A DNA stretch of 64,000 nucleotides from a virus, in IMG/VR virus record IMGVR_UViG_3300037069_002825, positions 15,794 through 79,793 of that record, one strand, 5' to 3'. Positions 10,002 to 19,792 of this stretch are shown here, one piece after another. A model generated the notes under the pieces. The model saw nothing but the letters and a program-made list of their open reading frames with translations, was not told the origin of the DNA and searched no databases. Both the position numbers and the translations under genes were made by a program. Each line of letters starts with the position of its first letter. The first letter of the stretch is position 1.

Positions 10002-10958
10002 ATGCCCGAAGTCGCAGAGCCGCTCAAGACGCAACGCGAAGGTAGCCGCTGGCGCTACGCGCGTCCCACCCCCCAGGAAGTGAGCGAGTGGTTCAAGACC
10101 CAACCGCTCGACGAGGGGATGAGGCACGAGGAGTATGAGAGCGGCGTCGTGATAATCCCCGCAAGCGAGAAGGTCAAAAAGCAGCGGTCCGACGGCAGGG
10201 GCACCGAAGACGTCTACGAGATGACCTTTACCCCCTATATGCGCGTCGATATGCGCGTGCTCTACTTCCGCCGACTGGCCGAGCGGCGTCGCCTAAAGCC
10301 GGTGATCGAGCCGGTCCCCGCCGTGCGCATCGACGACACCAAGTCGGCCTACTTCAACGGCAACCTCGGTGAGGGTCTCTGGTGGCACGTCGTGAGGGGC
10401 TCCGATGGGGCTGCGGTGCGCTACCTGGCCGCCACCTGGCGGGTGGCCCTCTACGAGCCCCACAAGCTCGCCAACGACGAGGGTGCCGAGATCGAAGGTG
10501 TGGCCACTAAGCAGGTCGCAGGCGGCGCCGACATCAACGGGATCATGAAGGCCGAGACGGGCGCGATCGGTCGCGCGCTCGCAGCTGCCGGCATCCTGGT
10601 GCTGGGGACGGGGCTCGCCTCGGCCGAGGACATGCAGGATCTCGCTAGCGCTGGGCCGGCTGGCGGCGTTGAGCCGCTCGACACGGGGCGTTCCCCGGCC
10701 GTTGCCACCGACCCGGAGGAGGAGCGCAAACAGCTCATCGGCCGGCCCGCCGAGCTGGAGGCGACGATGAGAGCCCGGGCGCCCGAGAGCTGGACGTCGT
10801 TCGCCGCCTGGTGGGACGAGCGTAAGCGGGCCGAGGGCTGGGCCAATATCACCTCGGTGCCCACCGACGCGCTGCGGGGGATCATCGTGAAGATGGAACG
10901 CGAGCTGGACGCGGCACTCCACGCGCAGGCGAACCTCCCCACAGCGGGCGCGTCATGA
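10002..10958 (+). CDS. Rad52/Sak-like single-strand annealing protein
   Basis: AGGAGG RBS; KAETGAIGRALAAAGI...ASAEDM motif; near exonuclease. Confidence 0.6.
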   Translation: MPEVAEPLKTQREGSRWRYARPTPQEVSEWFKTQPLDEGMRHEEYESGVVIIPASEKVKKQRSDGRGTEDVYEMTFTPYMRVDMRVLYFRRLAERRRLKPVIEPVPAVRIDDTKSAYFNGNLGEGLWWHVVRGSDGAAVRYLAATWRVALYEPHKLANDEGAEIEGVATKQVAGGADINGIMKAETGAIGRALAAAGILVLGTGLASAEDMQDLASAGPAGGVEPLDTGRSPAVATDPEEERKQLIGRPAELEATMRARAPESWTSFAAWWDERKRAEGWANITSVPTDALRGIIVKMERELDAALHAQANLPTAGAS

Positions 10959-11146
10959 GGGCCACGCGCGCCAAAGAGCTGAAAGACCGCGTCGTGATCG
11001 AGGGCGGCGGACGGCCCGAGTATCGGCGCCGGAAGAAGCTCTACATGGAGGTAAGACGCAGCAAGGGTGTAACGCCCGTGGTCAAACGAGAACGCCAACG
11101 CCGCGCCCTCCGGGCGAAGCCCCCGACAACCGAGAGCATCTTCTGA
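10955..11146 (+). CDS. Small basic hypothetical protein
   Basis: Overlapping start/stop coupling on both sides. Confidence 0.5.
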   Translation: MRATRAKELKDRVVIEGGGRPEYRRRKKLYMEVRRSKGVTPVVKRERQRRALRAKPPTTESIF

Positions 11147-11481
11147 TGCCGGCCGAGGTCGAGAGTGGCGAGCCCGTCATCAAACTTGGTGAGCAGCTGA
11201 GGGAGCTGCGGGAGGAGTGGGGTGACGGCTTCGACGAGGACATTGCTCAGCCGATCGCCAAGTGGATCAAGAAAGTCCGCGAGCAGCTCGCCGGCCAGAC
11301 GGCCGATCACGAATGCGATATCGATAGGCTTGAGGAACAGGTCGAGGACCTTGATCGCGAGCTGGAGGAGTCGCGGATTAGGGCCACGCAGGTTGAGCGC
11401 GTGCTGGAGGATCTCGCGGACATCGGTCGCGGAGTACGCACCGTCGAGGAGGTATTGGAGAAGTGGGGGCCCGTCCCGTGA
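11146..11481 (+). CDS. Coiled-coil hypothetical protein
   Basis: Heptad-like acidic stretch; coupled. Confidence 0.55.
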   Translation: MPAEVESGEPVIKLGEQLRELREEWGDGFDEDIAQPIAKWIKKVREQLAGQTADHECDIDRLEEQVEDLDRELEESRIRATQVERVLEDLADIGRGVRTVEEVLEKWGPVP

Positions 11482-11888
11482 TCAAGACGTTCGTGCTCAC
11501 CTACGACGAGGCACCTAAGTCGCTCAACGCGGGCGGCGCGGGTTCGCGCAGTCACTGGAGCAAGGGTTACGCCGAGAAGCGTCGCTGGGAAGGGATCTGG
11601 GCGCTGCTCCTGATCGAGGGCAAGGTTCCGCGCGGGATGACGCACTGCTCGGTCGAGGGACTGATCGAGTTCGTGCGCGCCCAGAGACGTGACGTGGAGA
11701 ACTACCGCCCTGCCCTGGTGAAGGCCTTTGCCGACGCGCTCGTGCACGGAGGCTGGCTCCCCGACGACGAGGAGCGGTTCTTCGTAATGGCCGGTCTGAC
11801 CCTTCGGGCCGGGATGGAGTCCGGCAACCCATTCGTGCAGGGTCGCACCACGCTCACACTTCAGGCGACCTATCCGGATGCCGACTGA
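11478..11888 (+). CDS. RusA-like Holliday junction resolvase
   Basis: PKSLN...HW, RRDVENY...KAFADALV.GG.LPDD; GTG overlaps upstream TGA. Confidence 0.75.
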   Translation: MIKTFVLTYDEAPKSLNAGGAGSRSHWSKGYAEKRRWEGIWALLLIEGKVPRGMTHCSVEGLIEFVRAQRRDVENYRPALVKAFADALVHGGWLPDDEERFFVMAGLTLRAGMESGNPFVQGRTTLTLQATYPDAD

Positions 11889-12546
11889 GGCGCCAACGAT
11901 CCGCACCTTCGCGGAGTACATGGCCGAGCGACGCTGGGTGGACATGCGCGTCGTCACCGTAGGCCGGGTAGACCGCGTGCGCATAGAGGGCCTCGACATC
12001 AGGCTGCACCAAGACCACGTGCACGTGCGGCAGAAGTTCCTGGAGAGTGAGACGGTGCGCTCCGCCGATCATGTGTTCGATTGTGAAGACGTGCGGTGGG
12101 TCAGGCCCACCAAACTGATGCTCGACCAGGTGCGCCCGTTGAGCCAGCCGCGCCCGGTGCCCGGCGGCGAGTCGGTCGACGATAAACAGGCGCAGGAGAT
12201 AGTGGACGCAATCGTCTCGGTGGTCTCGTTCACAAGTGGCGAGGCTGTCAGCGCGATCCGTGCGGGCGCCAACCGCGCGGGTCTGGACGAGCGTCAGGTT
12301 GCCATGTGGTGCGCCTTCGAGATGACCGACCTCTCGCTGGAAGTGATCTGCAAGCGTGAATTCGGATACCTCTCGACAATGCCCCTGGCTACGGTCCTCT
12401 CCTACATAGAAGACTTCTATCGGGGTGACCGATTTAGCAAGCGCTTCGTGGAAAGGGTCAGGGCCGCCGCCACGGGTGCCAGTCTCGCGCTGGGGTACGT
12501 GCCTCGACGCTCCGCTCTTGTCCCGGACTGGAAACGGGTGCTCTGA
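11878..12546 (+). CDS. Protein with C-terminal DnaA domain IV-like HTH
   Basis: RQVAMWCAFEMTDLSLEVICKREFG resembles DnaA_C RQIAMYL.RELTDLSL..IG..FG. Confidence 0.55.
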   Translation: MPTEAPTIRTFAEYMAERRWVDMRVVTVGRVDRVRIEGLDIRLHQDHVHVRQKFLESETVRSADHVFDCEDVRWVRPTKLMLDQVRPLSQPRPVPGGESVDDKQAQEIVDAIVSVVSFTSGEAVSAIRAGANRAGLDERQVAMWCAFEMTDLSLEVICKREFGYLSTMPLATVLSYIEDFYRGDRFSKRFVERVRAAATGASLALGYVPRRSALVPDWKRVL

Positions 12547-13748
12547 TGGACCTCACCATCTTCGGCAACGCCGTGGGGATCTCCGACATCAACGACTGGC
12601 GCGAATGCCCCGCTCGGATGGCGGACGGCATGCGCCGGCACACCGAGGGTGAGCTGCCCGGTCACACCAACTGGACCAACGCCTACGGCTCGGCGATCCA
12701 CGAGGCAATCTCGGTCGTCGAGAAAGAGTTGGTGTCCAACGAAGAGGCCATCGACCGCGTGTGGATCACCTACGGACCCTACCTCGACCCCGAGGATCTC
12801 GCGCTGTTGCGGGAGGACCTAGACAAATACCGTCGCGACACGCCGCTTGGCTTCCGGCTGGTGGCGGCCGAGGTGGACTGCCGCGTGCCGCTGGCCGTGA
12901 TAGACGGCACGCAGTATTACTTTCGCTTCAAGCTCGACGCGCTATATCAGTCGCTCGCCAACCCGTCACTCTTCTTTCACCGCGACTACAAGTCCTCCAA
13001 GTGGCCGAAAAGCGAGGAAGAAGTCCACAAAGATCCCCAGATGTCGGCGTACAACTGGGCGATTTTCGAGCTGTACCCCGAGTGCCAACGGCTGGTGCAG
13101 TCCTATGAGCAGCTGCGCCACGGCAACATCATCACCTCTCGCAACGACACGCAACGCGCCGAGACCAAGGACTGGCTGATCAGGAACGTGAAGGCGCTGC
13201 TCGCTGACGAGGAGATGAAGCCAAAGATCAACGACTTCTGTCGCTATTGCCCGAAAGTCATGGTGTGTCACGAGACGGAGCGCGCGACCACCTACTGGCG
13301 TGGCACGCTGGCGGTGCTCGCGCCGATGAGCAAGGAGGGCCGGCGCATCAAGGTCGACTTGGGCGACGACCAGGAAGAGGTCGAGCGGCTGATAACTGAC
13401 GTGCTGCCCCGCGCCATCACCGCGCGCAAGCACCTCGAATACTTCGAGAAGACACTAAAGGGCGTGCTCGACGAGATGCCAAGCGGTGAAAGGTCTCGGC
13501 TTGGCTGGCGCACCAAGGATCGCAAGTCGAAAACCTTCAACCCCGATGGACTGAAACGCATCCACGAGGCGACGGGCGATCTCTTCTACGACCTGATAAG
13601 TCTCAGCCGTAAAGCCGTCGACACCTTCATCGGGAAGCCGGAAAAGGGCAAGCCGCTCACCCCGCAGCTGACAGTGATCCGCGAACAGGAGCTGGAGATC
13701 GTGGGCTCATCCCTTGAGGTGCCCGAGCGGGCGCCGGACGAGGACTGA
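12546..13748 (+). CDS. PD-(D/E)XK RecB/Cas4-like exonuclease
   Basis: CPAR, GSAIH, KLDAL, DYKS, QMSAY, CRYCP...C. Confidence 0.85.
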   Translation: MDLTIFGNAVGISDINDWRECPARMADGMRRHTEGELPGHTNWTNAYGSAIHEAISVVEKELVSNEEAIDRVWITYGPYLDPEDLALLREDLDKYRRDTPLGFRLVAAEVDCRVPLAVIDGTQYYFRFKLDALYQSLANPSLFFHRDYKSSKWPKSEEEVHKDPQMSAYNWAIFELYPECQRLVQSYEQLRHGNIITSRNDTQRAETKDWLIRNVKALLADEEMKPKINDFCRYCPKVMVCHETERATTYWRGTLAVLAPMSKEGRRIKVDLGDDQEEVERLITDVLPRAITARKHLEYFEKTLKGVLDEMPSGERSRLGWRTKDRKSKTFNPDGLKRIHEATGDLFYDLISLSRKAVDTFIGKPEKGKPLTPQLTVIREQELEIVGSSLEVPERAPDED

Positions 13749-13875
13749 GCTTTTCGCCGCACGTGGGGCGAAGCTGGTGCTCTCAACCCGACACGGGTCC
13801 GCCCGTCAGATGGGAAGTATCCCGGAAGTACGCGCCGGTCGCGGAAACCGGACTCAAGTGAAAGCCACACGTTGG

Positions 13876-14085
13876 TCATGGCCTCACCGCCGATTTGTGC
13901 CGCTCGATCACGTGCTGCACGACGACCCGCGTGTAACCGCTGTGCTTCTTTGCCTCGGCTCGCATGGCCTCCAGGGCCTCGTCGTGAGTGGCAGCCGTGC
14001 GTAGGAGACCCCACCGTGTAACCAAATTCGGGCGCCATTCGATTCGGTAGGGAGCCAGGCGGTCAATCTCCTCCAGCGAAGCCAT
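13876..14085 (-). CDS. Hypothetical protein
   Basis: GGAGG RBS; coupled to the upstream gene. Confidence 0.5.
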   Translation of the reverse strand: MASLEEIDRLAPYRIEWRPNLVTRWGLLRTAATHDEALEAMRAEAKKHSGYTRVVVQHVIERHKSAVRP

Positions 14086-14389
14086 CCTCCCTCACCTCCC
14101 CGCCATGTAGACGGAGTTCGCGCTCTAGCTCGGCGACGATCAGCGCCGCCGCCTTCACCAGGCTGCGTCGTCGCGTCGAGAGTTTGAAGTCGCCAAGGTC
14201 CCAGGGCCAGTAGCGCTCCGCGAGGGGAGCGGGGTCGAGGTACGCGATCGCCGCGAACGCAAGCTCACCAAATAGGTGGTTGTCGTCATGCTCGGGCGTC
14301 CAGCCCTTTGCGATCTGCTGGGCGCGCTCGGCGCGGACCAGGTCGAGCGCGGTCCCCTCGGTCGCGTGGCCCATCCGCTCGGCGCCCAT
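14063..14389 (-). CDS. Conserved phage hypothetical protein
   Basis: ERAQQ..KGWTPEHDD.H..GEL..AA..Y...WPW...LVKAAALIVAE.ER, a recurrent phage family pattern. Confidence 0.7.
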   Translation of the reverse strand: MGAERMGHATEGTALDLVRAERAQQIAKGWTPEHDDNHLFGELAFAAIAYLDPAPLAERYWPWDLGDFKLSTRRRSLVKAAALIVAELERELRLHGGEVREDGFAGGD

Positions 14390-14862
14390 CACACCCTCTC
14401 CGCCGCGCCCAGCACCTGCCGGGCAAGAGTCATGGGCGTTGGCTCGCCCTCCTCCAGCTCGCTCTCGGCCCACCCGAGCTGCGTGAGCGAGTCCTCGATC
14501 GCCTCGGCGCCCGCGTGCACCCGCTTCTCGAAGGTCGGTTCGTCGACCTCGTACTGAAACGGCATCGGGGTGGTGAGCCGGTAGGTGAAGTCTGGATCGA
14601 GTGCGTCCAGGAACACCCGGCCGAGGTCCTCCTCCAGCGCGATCTGGGTTCTGCGGCCCCTAGCGAAGCGCACCCCAATCGAGTCGATCCCCCGCTCTTC
14701 GACGATGGCCGCGAAGGGAAGGGGGCGCCTGTTGGAGTGCTCGGGCGGCCGGATCGCCAGCACCCACGCCTCTCCGGGCATCGGGCCGGCGGCCGGGCGG
14801 GGCTCGACCGCGACGGGCTGGACTAGATCCTGGGTGGTGTCCTTCGGTTGGAGCTGCGGCAT
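14389..14862 (-). CDS. Hypothetical protein
   Basis: GGGGAG RBS before ATG 14862; coupled stop. Confidence 0.55.
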   Translation of the reverse strand: MPQLQPKDTTQDLVQPVAVEPRPAAGPMPGEAWVLAIRPPEHSNRRPLPFAAIVEERGIDSIGVRFARGRRTQIALEEDLGRVFLDALDPDFTYRLTTPMPFQYEVDEPTFEKRVHAGAEAIEDSLTQLGWAESELEEGEPTPMTLARQVLGAAERV

Positions 14863-14968
14863 CGTTCTCCCCTTCGGTCGCTTGGTCGAGACGCATCCTA
14901 ACCCGGACGTTGCGAGCTTGCCCACGCCGACCCCGCAAACTCCGACAGCCGGGCGGAAGATCGAGCCG

Positions 14969-15913
14969 ATGCGCCGTGTACGGTCAGAGCAAGTGCCCGT
15001 CACACTCCCCTTCTACGCCGTGCTGAGCCGCGCTGAGGTGCGAAAGCTCCCGTGCCCCAAGTGCAACGCCGATATCGGCGGCAACTGTCTCGCCGACGAT
15101 GGGTCGGAGAGCGAGAGGAACCACACGGCACGTACCCAACTGGCGATTGAGCGCTCGCTCATCACGATCGACGATCACGGAAATCTCCTAAATAGCGGAG
15201 GAAATATCGTCGCGTCAGTGGCGGGGGCCTTGACAAGCCGAGGAGTGACGATAGTGTGGGACTACGGGGATTCTTCGTCTGAACTGCCAACTGCGTCAGA
15301 GCGCAATCCCCCAGAGCGAAGCGAATCCCCTCCCTCCCCTCGTAGTAGACGATCAGGGACAACACCGCGCGCACGTGTATGGGACCACTACGACCGTGTG
15401 ATCCTGAAATCGAGGGGAATGGACCGTCGGCTCGAAGTAAAGCGCGCCAAAGTCATTGACAAAGCGCTGGAGGTGCGAACAATCCAGCAGTGCTGCCGCG
15501 CTATCGATGGGCTCAATGTGTCAGCGCACCACAACGGTGTGAATGACAGGCGCAAAAAGTACCTCGACATCCGGTACGCCCTCGCCGGGATCGGCAAGGA
15601 AGGTGATGACGAACGAATCGACAAAATGGCGGAGAAAGCGCCGAGGCAGGACACGAGCACAGCCCAGGTCAGCGCCGGCTTCGTGACGGTCACCGAGTTC
15701 GTGGACAGCGTTCCGTCGGTCGTGGGCGAAAACGTCTGGACCCACGTGAAGAATGTTGAGCGCATGAGGAGAACGCCCGAGCATCTAACGCTACTATCCA
15801 TTGGACAGCAGTCCGAACGAGAGCTGCGGGATCGCTTTCGCGTGGAGGTCCTACTAACCGACGCGGATGGCAGGGCTTACCCCCGGCCGATGCTGAGACG
15901 CCTGGAGGCATGA
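14969..15913 (+). CDS. Putative replication initiator / replisome organiser with N-terminal Zn finger
   Basis: CPKC......C........NH..R, S/P-rich linker, helical C-terminal domain, upstream of DnaB; start uncertain. Confidence 0.45.
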   Translation: MRRVRSEQVPVTLPFYAVLSRAEVRKLPCPKCNADIGGNCLADDGSESERNHTARTQLAIERSLITIDDHGNLLNSGGNIVASVAGALTSRGVTIVWDYGDSSSELPTASERNPPERSESPPSPRSRRSGTTPRARVWDHYDRVILKSRGMDRRLEVKRAKVIDKALEVRTIQQCCRAIDGLNVSAHHNGVNDRRKKYLDIRYALAGIGKEGDDERIDKMAEKAPRQDTSTAQVSAGFVTVTEFVDSVPSVVGENVWTHVKNVERMRRTPEHLTLLSIGQQSERELRDRFRVEVLLTDADGRAYPRPMLRRLEA

Positions 15914-16098
15914 TGGACCCCGTCGTGATCGCCGTCGTGCGCTCGGCCGGTAGGCTCACCGAAGGCGAGCTACGCTATCAGCTCCAGAAGCGCGGGCATC
16001 CCATGTGCGACAGCGCCGAGCTGCTCGGCGAGCTGGTCGATCTTGAACGCTGGGGTCTCGTCAAGACCGAGCTGCTGATCACGGCGGCGAGAGCATGA
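15910..16098 (+). CDS. Small winged-HTH-like protein
   Basis: Coupled; L..LERWGLV pattern. Confidence 0.45.
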   Translation: MMDPVVIAVVRSAGRLTEGELRYQLQKRGHPMCDSAELLGELVDLERWGLVKTELLITAARA

Positions 16099-17468
16099 CG
16101 GTCCCGCCCGCAAGCGCGGCGGCCGAGTGGCAGGTCGTGGCGCACATGATCGACAAGCCGATGACGATCCCGGAGGTCGTCGGCATCCAGCTTGAGAGCC
16201 GGGACTTCGCCTCCACCGACGCGGCCTTGCTCTACGCGACCGCGACGGAGCTGTACTACTCAGACCTGCGGGTTGACCCAGTGATCGTCGGCGAGCGCCT
16301 TAGACCGTCGCTCTCGAAGCTCTGGAACGTCGCTGAGGGTCGGGTCTACGAGGAGCTGACGGGCCGAATCGCCCGAGCCGGCTATGCGGAGAACGTCCTA
16401 GAGCACGCGCACATCGTGAAGCGGCTCTCGGTCAGTCGCCAGCTCCTGAAGATAGCCATCCAGGCTCAGGGTGAGATCGCCGACGGGCGACTGACTCCAC
16501 AGGAGATCGGCGACAGGATGTCGGCCGAGGCGCTGAAAGTCACGAGCGAAACGATCAGGCGCTCGGAGCTGCTCACCTGGATGGAGGTCGGCACCGAGTA
16601 CGCCAAGCACCTGCGTCGGCAGCGCATCGCCCGCGAGCAGGGGATCGAGCTGGCCGTCTACACGGGCCTGCCCTTCATCGACGACTGGACCATGGGGATA
16701 GCGCCCGGGGAGCTGATGTTCCTCGCCGGAGACCCAGGTGTCGGCAAGACAGCCATTGCATGGAGCGCCCTCAAGGGGTTCGCCGATCGCCAGCTAATGA
16801 AGCTCCGCGATCAGCAAATGGCGACCCTGGTGCTCTCGCTTGAGATGAGCCTGATCGCCTCGACGGCGCGGCAGGTGCAGGCCCTCACGAAAATCGACGG
16901 CATGCGCCTACGCTCCGGCGATATCTCAGATCGCGAGTGGAAACACATCCTGCGCGACTGGAAGGATCACGAGAACCTGCCGATCTTCTTCAACTTCGCA
17001 TCGTCGTTCCGTCTGTCCCAGATGAGAGCATTGATTGTGGAGGCGATCCGCAAGTACAACGTGGGGTTCGTCGTCATCGACCACTTCAGGCAGATCGATG
17101 CTGACCAGAAATTCGCAAATTCCAATGACGCCGACGAGGCCAAGGTGCGTTTCCTCAAGGAGGAGATTGCAAAGGATCTCAACGTCGCGGTACTGTGCCT
17201 GGCGCACACGATCAAGGTCGGCCGAGGCGAGGGTGACCGCCGCCCGAAACTCTCGGACCTACGGGGCAGTGGCCAGATCAGTGCGCATGCAGACTTCGTC
17301 GCGTTCATGTACCGACCGGCAAAGCATGCCGGACCGGAGGAGATGTCCATGGGCGCGATGGATGAGACGGACGCCGAGCTGGTCTGGAGCAAGAATCGAC
17401 ACGGCACAGACGGCATAGCGCCGTTTTACTTCGAACCGACAACGATGACCGCCCGAGCGCGGTACTGA
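16095..17468 (+). CDS. dnaB: DnaB-like replicative helicase
   Basis: GDPGVGKT, SLEM, VIDHF, RPKLSDLRGSGQI...AD.V, KNRHG. Confidence 0.95.
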   Translation: MTVPPASAAAEWQVVAHMIDKPMTIPEVVGIQLESRDFASTDAALLYATATELYYSDLRVDPVIVGERLRPSLSKLWNVAEGRVYEELTGRIARAGYAENVLEHAHIVKRLSVSRQLLKIAIQAQGEIADGRLTPQEIGDRMSAEALKVTSETIRRSELLTWMEVGTEYAKHLRRQRIAREQGIELAVYTGLPFIDDWTMGIAPGELMFLAGDPGVGKTAIAWSALKGFADRQLMKLRDQQMATLVLSLEMSLIASTARQVQALTKIDGMRLRSGDISDREWKHILRDWKDHENLPIFFNFASSFRLSQMRALIVEAIRKYNVGFVVIDHFRQIDADQKFANSNDADEAKVRFLKEEIAKDLNVAVLCLAHTIKVGRGEGDRRPKLSDLRGSGQISAHADFVAFMYRPAKHAGPEEMSMGAMDETDAELVWSKNRHGTDGIAPFYFEPTTMTARARY

Positions 17469-17480
17469 GAGGAGCAGCAA

Positions 17481-18452
17481 ATGATGGACGGAGACGGCAG
17501 TGGATTCAGTCAGGGCCTCGACGATGATCCCTTCGAGGGCTCGGAGTTCGACGACGAGCTGATGGGCGGCGGCGAGTCGGAGGGCGCGACCACCATCTCG
17601 CAGGCGGCTCAGGCCGCAGTGACGCACCCCGCGCCGGCCGAGGCGGCGCAGCCCATCGCACAGGCCGGGGTCGCCCAGGAGCCGGAGCTGCCCGTCGTGA
17701 ACAGGGAGGGCGAGCCCGTCGACCCTCCGATTGCCCCTACGACTGGGGCATCGACTGTCCAGCCTGTCGCGACATCGCCAGCGGCGACTCCCGAGCCGGC
17801 TTCGGCCCCCGCCGATCAGACGGCGCCTTCGAGTTCCGAGTCCCCCGTTCTGAGTGGACCTGGTGAGCCCGGTGAGCTGCGCCGGGAGCCCGAGGAGGTC
17901 ACGCCGGAGCGCGCAGCCGAGGAGCTGTCGGTAAACGCGGCGGTCGCCGAGGCACTGGTCGCCGACCCGTCGGAGCCGCAGGAGACGGAGAAGGCCGCCC
18001 GTGGTGGGGCGATGCTGGGATCGCCGGGCGAGCCGGAGCCGGACCCTACGCAGCCTTTCGAGCCGCCGAGCGCATCAGAGCCGACGCAAGACGTGCTTGA
18101 GCCCCTAGAGCCCGAGGACGCAGCGCCGCCGGAGCAGGTGGCCACCAAAGACGGGCGAGTGACGCACAGGCGCTATGTGGTCCTGACCCCAGACAGGGGC
18201 GGCGTTTTTAGGCGCGTCTACTGGTACGAGAAGAATGGCGAGCTGTGCACGCGGGGCACACCGGGAGCGAAGCGCCAGAGCCTCGCGCTTGCGCGAGACG
18301 CGGACGGCGCCCGAGCCATCGCCTACCGAGCGTTGGGCAACGAGGGCCCAGTCGATCTCGTTGCGGTCTCGGAGTCCAACTTCCAGGTTGTGACAGTCGA
18401 GCCCGACGAACCGAAACCTGCCAAGCGCAAGCTGAAAATGACCCGGCGGTAG
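17481..18452 (+). CDS. Acidic Pro/Ala/Glu-rich protein with small C-terminal domain
   Basis: GAGGAG RBS; low-complexity N-terminal two thirds. Confidence 0.6.
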   Translation: MMDGDGSGFSQGLDDDPFEGSEFDDELMGGGESEGATTISQAAQAAVTHPAPAEAAQPIAQAGVAQEPELPVVNREGEPVDPPIAPTTGASTVQPVATSPAATPEPASAPADQTAPSSSESPVLSGPGEPGELRREPEEVTPERAAEELSVNAAVAEALVADPSEPQETEKAARGGAMLGSPGEPEPDPTQPFEPPSASEPTQDVLEPLEPEDAAPPEQVATKDGRVTHRRYVVLTPDRGGVFRRVYWYEKNGELCTRGTPGAKRQSLALARDADGARAIAYRALGNEGPVDLVAVSESNFQVVTVEPDEPKPAKRKLKMTRR

Positions 18453-18464
18453 GAGAAGAGTCCG

Positions 18465-18821
18465 ATGGCAGAGCAGGTGAAAGCCAACGAGAAGGAGATG
18501 CAACTCAAGATCACGGGTTGCTCTCCCGTCTATTCGGGGAAAAATACACGCGGCGACGACTATACGATCTTCGAGATATTTGCGGAGAAGCCAGACGGCA
18601 CGCCGATAACCGAAAAGCTCAGGGCTTTCACCGCTCTGCCGGTCGGACAGTTCATGGACGTGACAGTAAAAGCCTTCAACAGCGAGGAGCACGGACGCTC
18701 CTTCACCGTCTTCCCAAAGGACAAGAAAGCCAGTGCCACCCAGGCCGTGAACGAGCTGACCGAGATGGTCACCGACCTCATGCGCCGGGTGGGAGAGTTG
18801 GAGAGGCGCGGTGGTGTCTAG
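18465..18821 (+). CDS. Hypothetical protein, possibly OB-fold
   Basis: AGGAG RBS; beta-rich sequence in replication cluster. Confidence 0.5.
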   Translation: MAEQVKANEKEMQLKITGCSPVYSGKNTRGDDYTIFEIFAEKPDGTPITEKLRAFTALPVGQFMDVTVKAFNSEEHGRSFTVFPKDKKASATQAVNELTEMVTDLMRRVGELERRGGV

Positions 18822-18862
18822 GCGACACCCGTCCGAGTGTCAGTGCTACAGTGTCCGCCGAG

Positions 18863-19471
18863 ATGAGTAACTCGTCGCTTAGCGCCGTCGAGCTGGAGCC
18901 CTACGAGGGCCTGATCTTCACCACGGCGCGCAGATTTGCCACGAGATGCGGGATGGAGGAAGAGGATCTCCGTCAAGAGCTACGGCTCAAGGCGGCTCAG
19001 GCGGTGGTGAAATACGACTCCTCGCGGAGCAGGCAGCCACTCGCAAACTGGGTGTTCAGCCTGATAGTGAATCGGGTGACAGATCTACGGCGCACACACA
19101 TGCGCCAAAGGCTGAGCGTGGGCCACATCGAGGATTTCAGGGGTCACAGTAGCGACGGCAGTGATATGGACCTCAGCCAGTTCGAGCTGCGCTACTTTCA
19201 CCTCGATCACGACACCGTCTACGGGCGCATCGATGAGGGCGGGTTCGTAATGCCCGCGACCCTCACCGAGCGCGAGACGAACGTGTTGCGCCTGCTCCTG
19301 CTCGACTACTCCAAGGTGGAAGCCGCGAAGATCCTCGGCCTCACCGACTGGATGGTGTACGAAGCGGTCGAACGGCTGAGAGAAAAGCTCAGCGACTGGC
19401 ACCCTACCTCACAGCCCGACAACTGTTCAGTTGTCGGGCTGCACGGCGCCGAGCTTCCCGTCGCTGCCTAG
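18863..19471 (+). CDS. Phage sigma-70/ECF-type RNA polymerase sigma factor
   Basis: Region 2 (YEGLI...A.RF....EEEDLRQE...AV.KYD...W....NRVTDLRR) and region 4 (LTERE..VL.L...YS..EAA.ILG). Confidence 0.85.
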   Translation: MSNSSLSAVELEPYEGLIFTTARRFATRCGMEEEDLRQELRLKAAQAVVKYDSSRSRQPLANWVFSLIVNRVTDLRRTHMRQRLSVGHIEDFRGHSSDGSDMDLSQFELRYFHLDHDTVYGRIDEGGFVMPATLTERETNVLRLLLLDYSKVEAAKILGLTDWMVYEAVERLREKLSDWHPTSQPDNCSVVGLHGAELPVAA

Positions 19472-19792
19472 CTCGCGGCCGTGCAAAACGCCGGCTAGGT
19501 AGGAAACCAGCATCGCGTAGACCCAGCTCCTGACAGCGCCCTCGGCATCAGCTATCTCCTCGCGAAGGTTCAGATCGGACCTCTTGAACTGGGCCTCGAC
19601 CGCGACTATCAGCTCGTCGAAGCTCTCGCGTGTGGCGAGCATAATCGCTCCGCCTGTGGCGTTGATGTCTACTCCTAGCGCCGCACAGTTGCCCTCCAGC
19701 GCCGCGAGCGCGCTCGCGGCGTCCTCGTTGGACCACATCGGCCATCGCTGGATCTCCGCGAACAGTTCGGCGACCTGCTCCTCGGACTTCAT
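19427..19792 (-). CDS. Hypothetical protein
   Basis: ATGA coupling to the recombinase gene. Confidence 0.55.
   Translation of the reverse strand: MKSEEQVAELFAEIQRWPMWSNEDAASALAALEGNCAALGVDINATGGAIMLATRESFDELIVAVEAQFKRSDLNLREEIADAEGAVRSWVYAMLVSYLAGVLHGRELGSDGKLGAVQPDN

Noticed and set aside
12546-13748. Cas4 / CRISPR system
   Set aside because: No other cas genes and no regularly spaced repeat-spacer array; this is a typical phage exonuclease context
15230-15257. TTGACA...TAGTGT promoter
   Set aside because: 16-nt spacer and located inside an apparent ORF with no clear downstream start; cannot be supported
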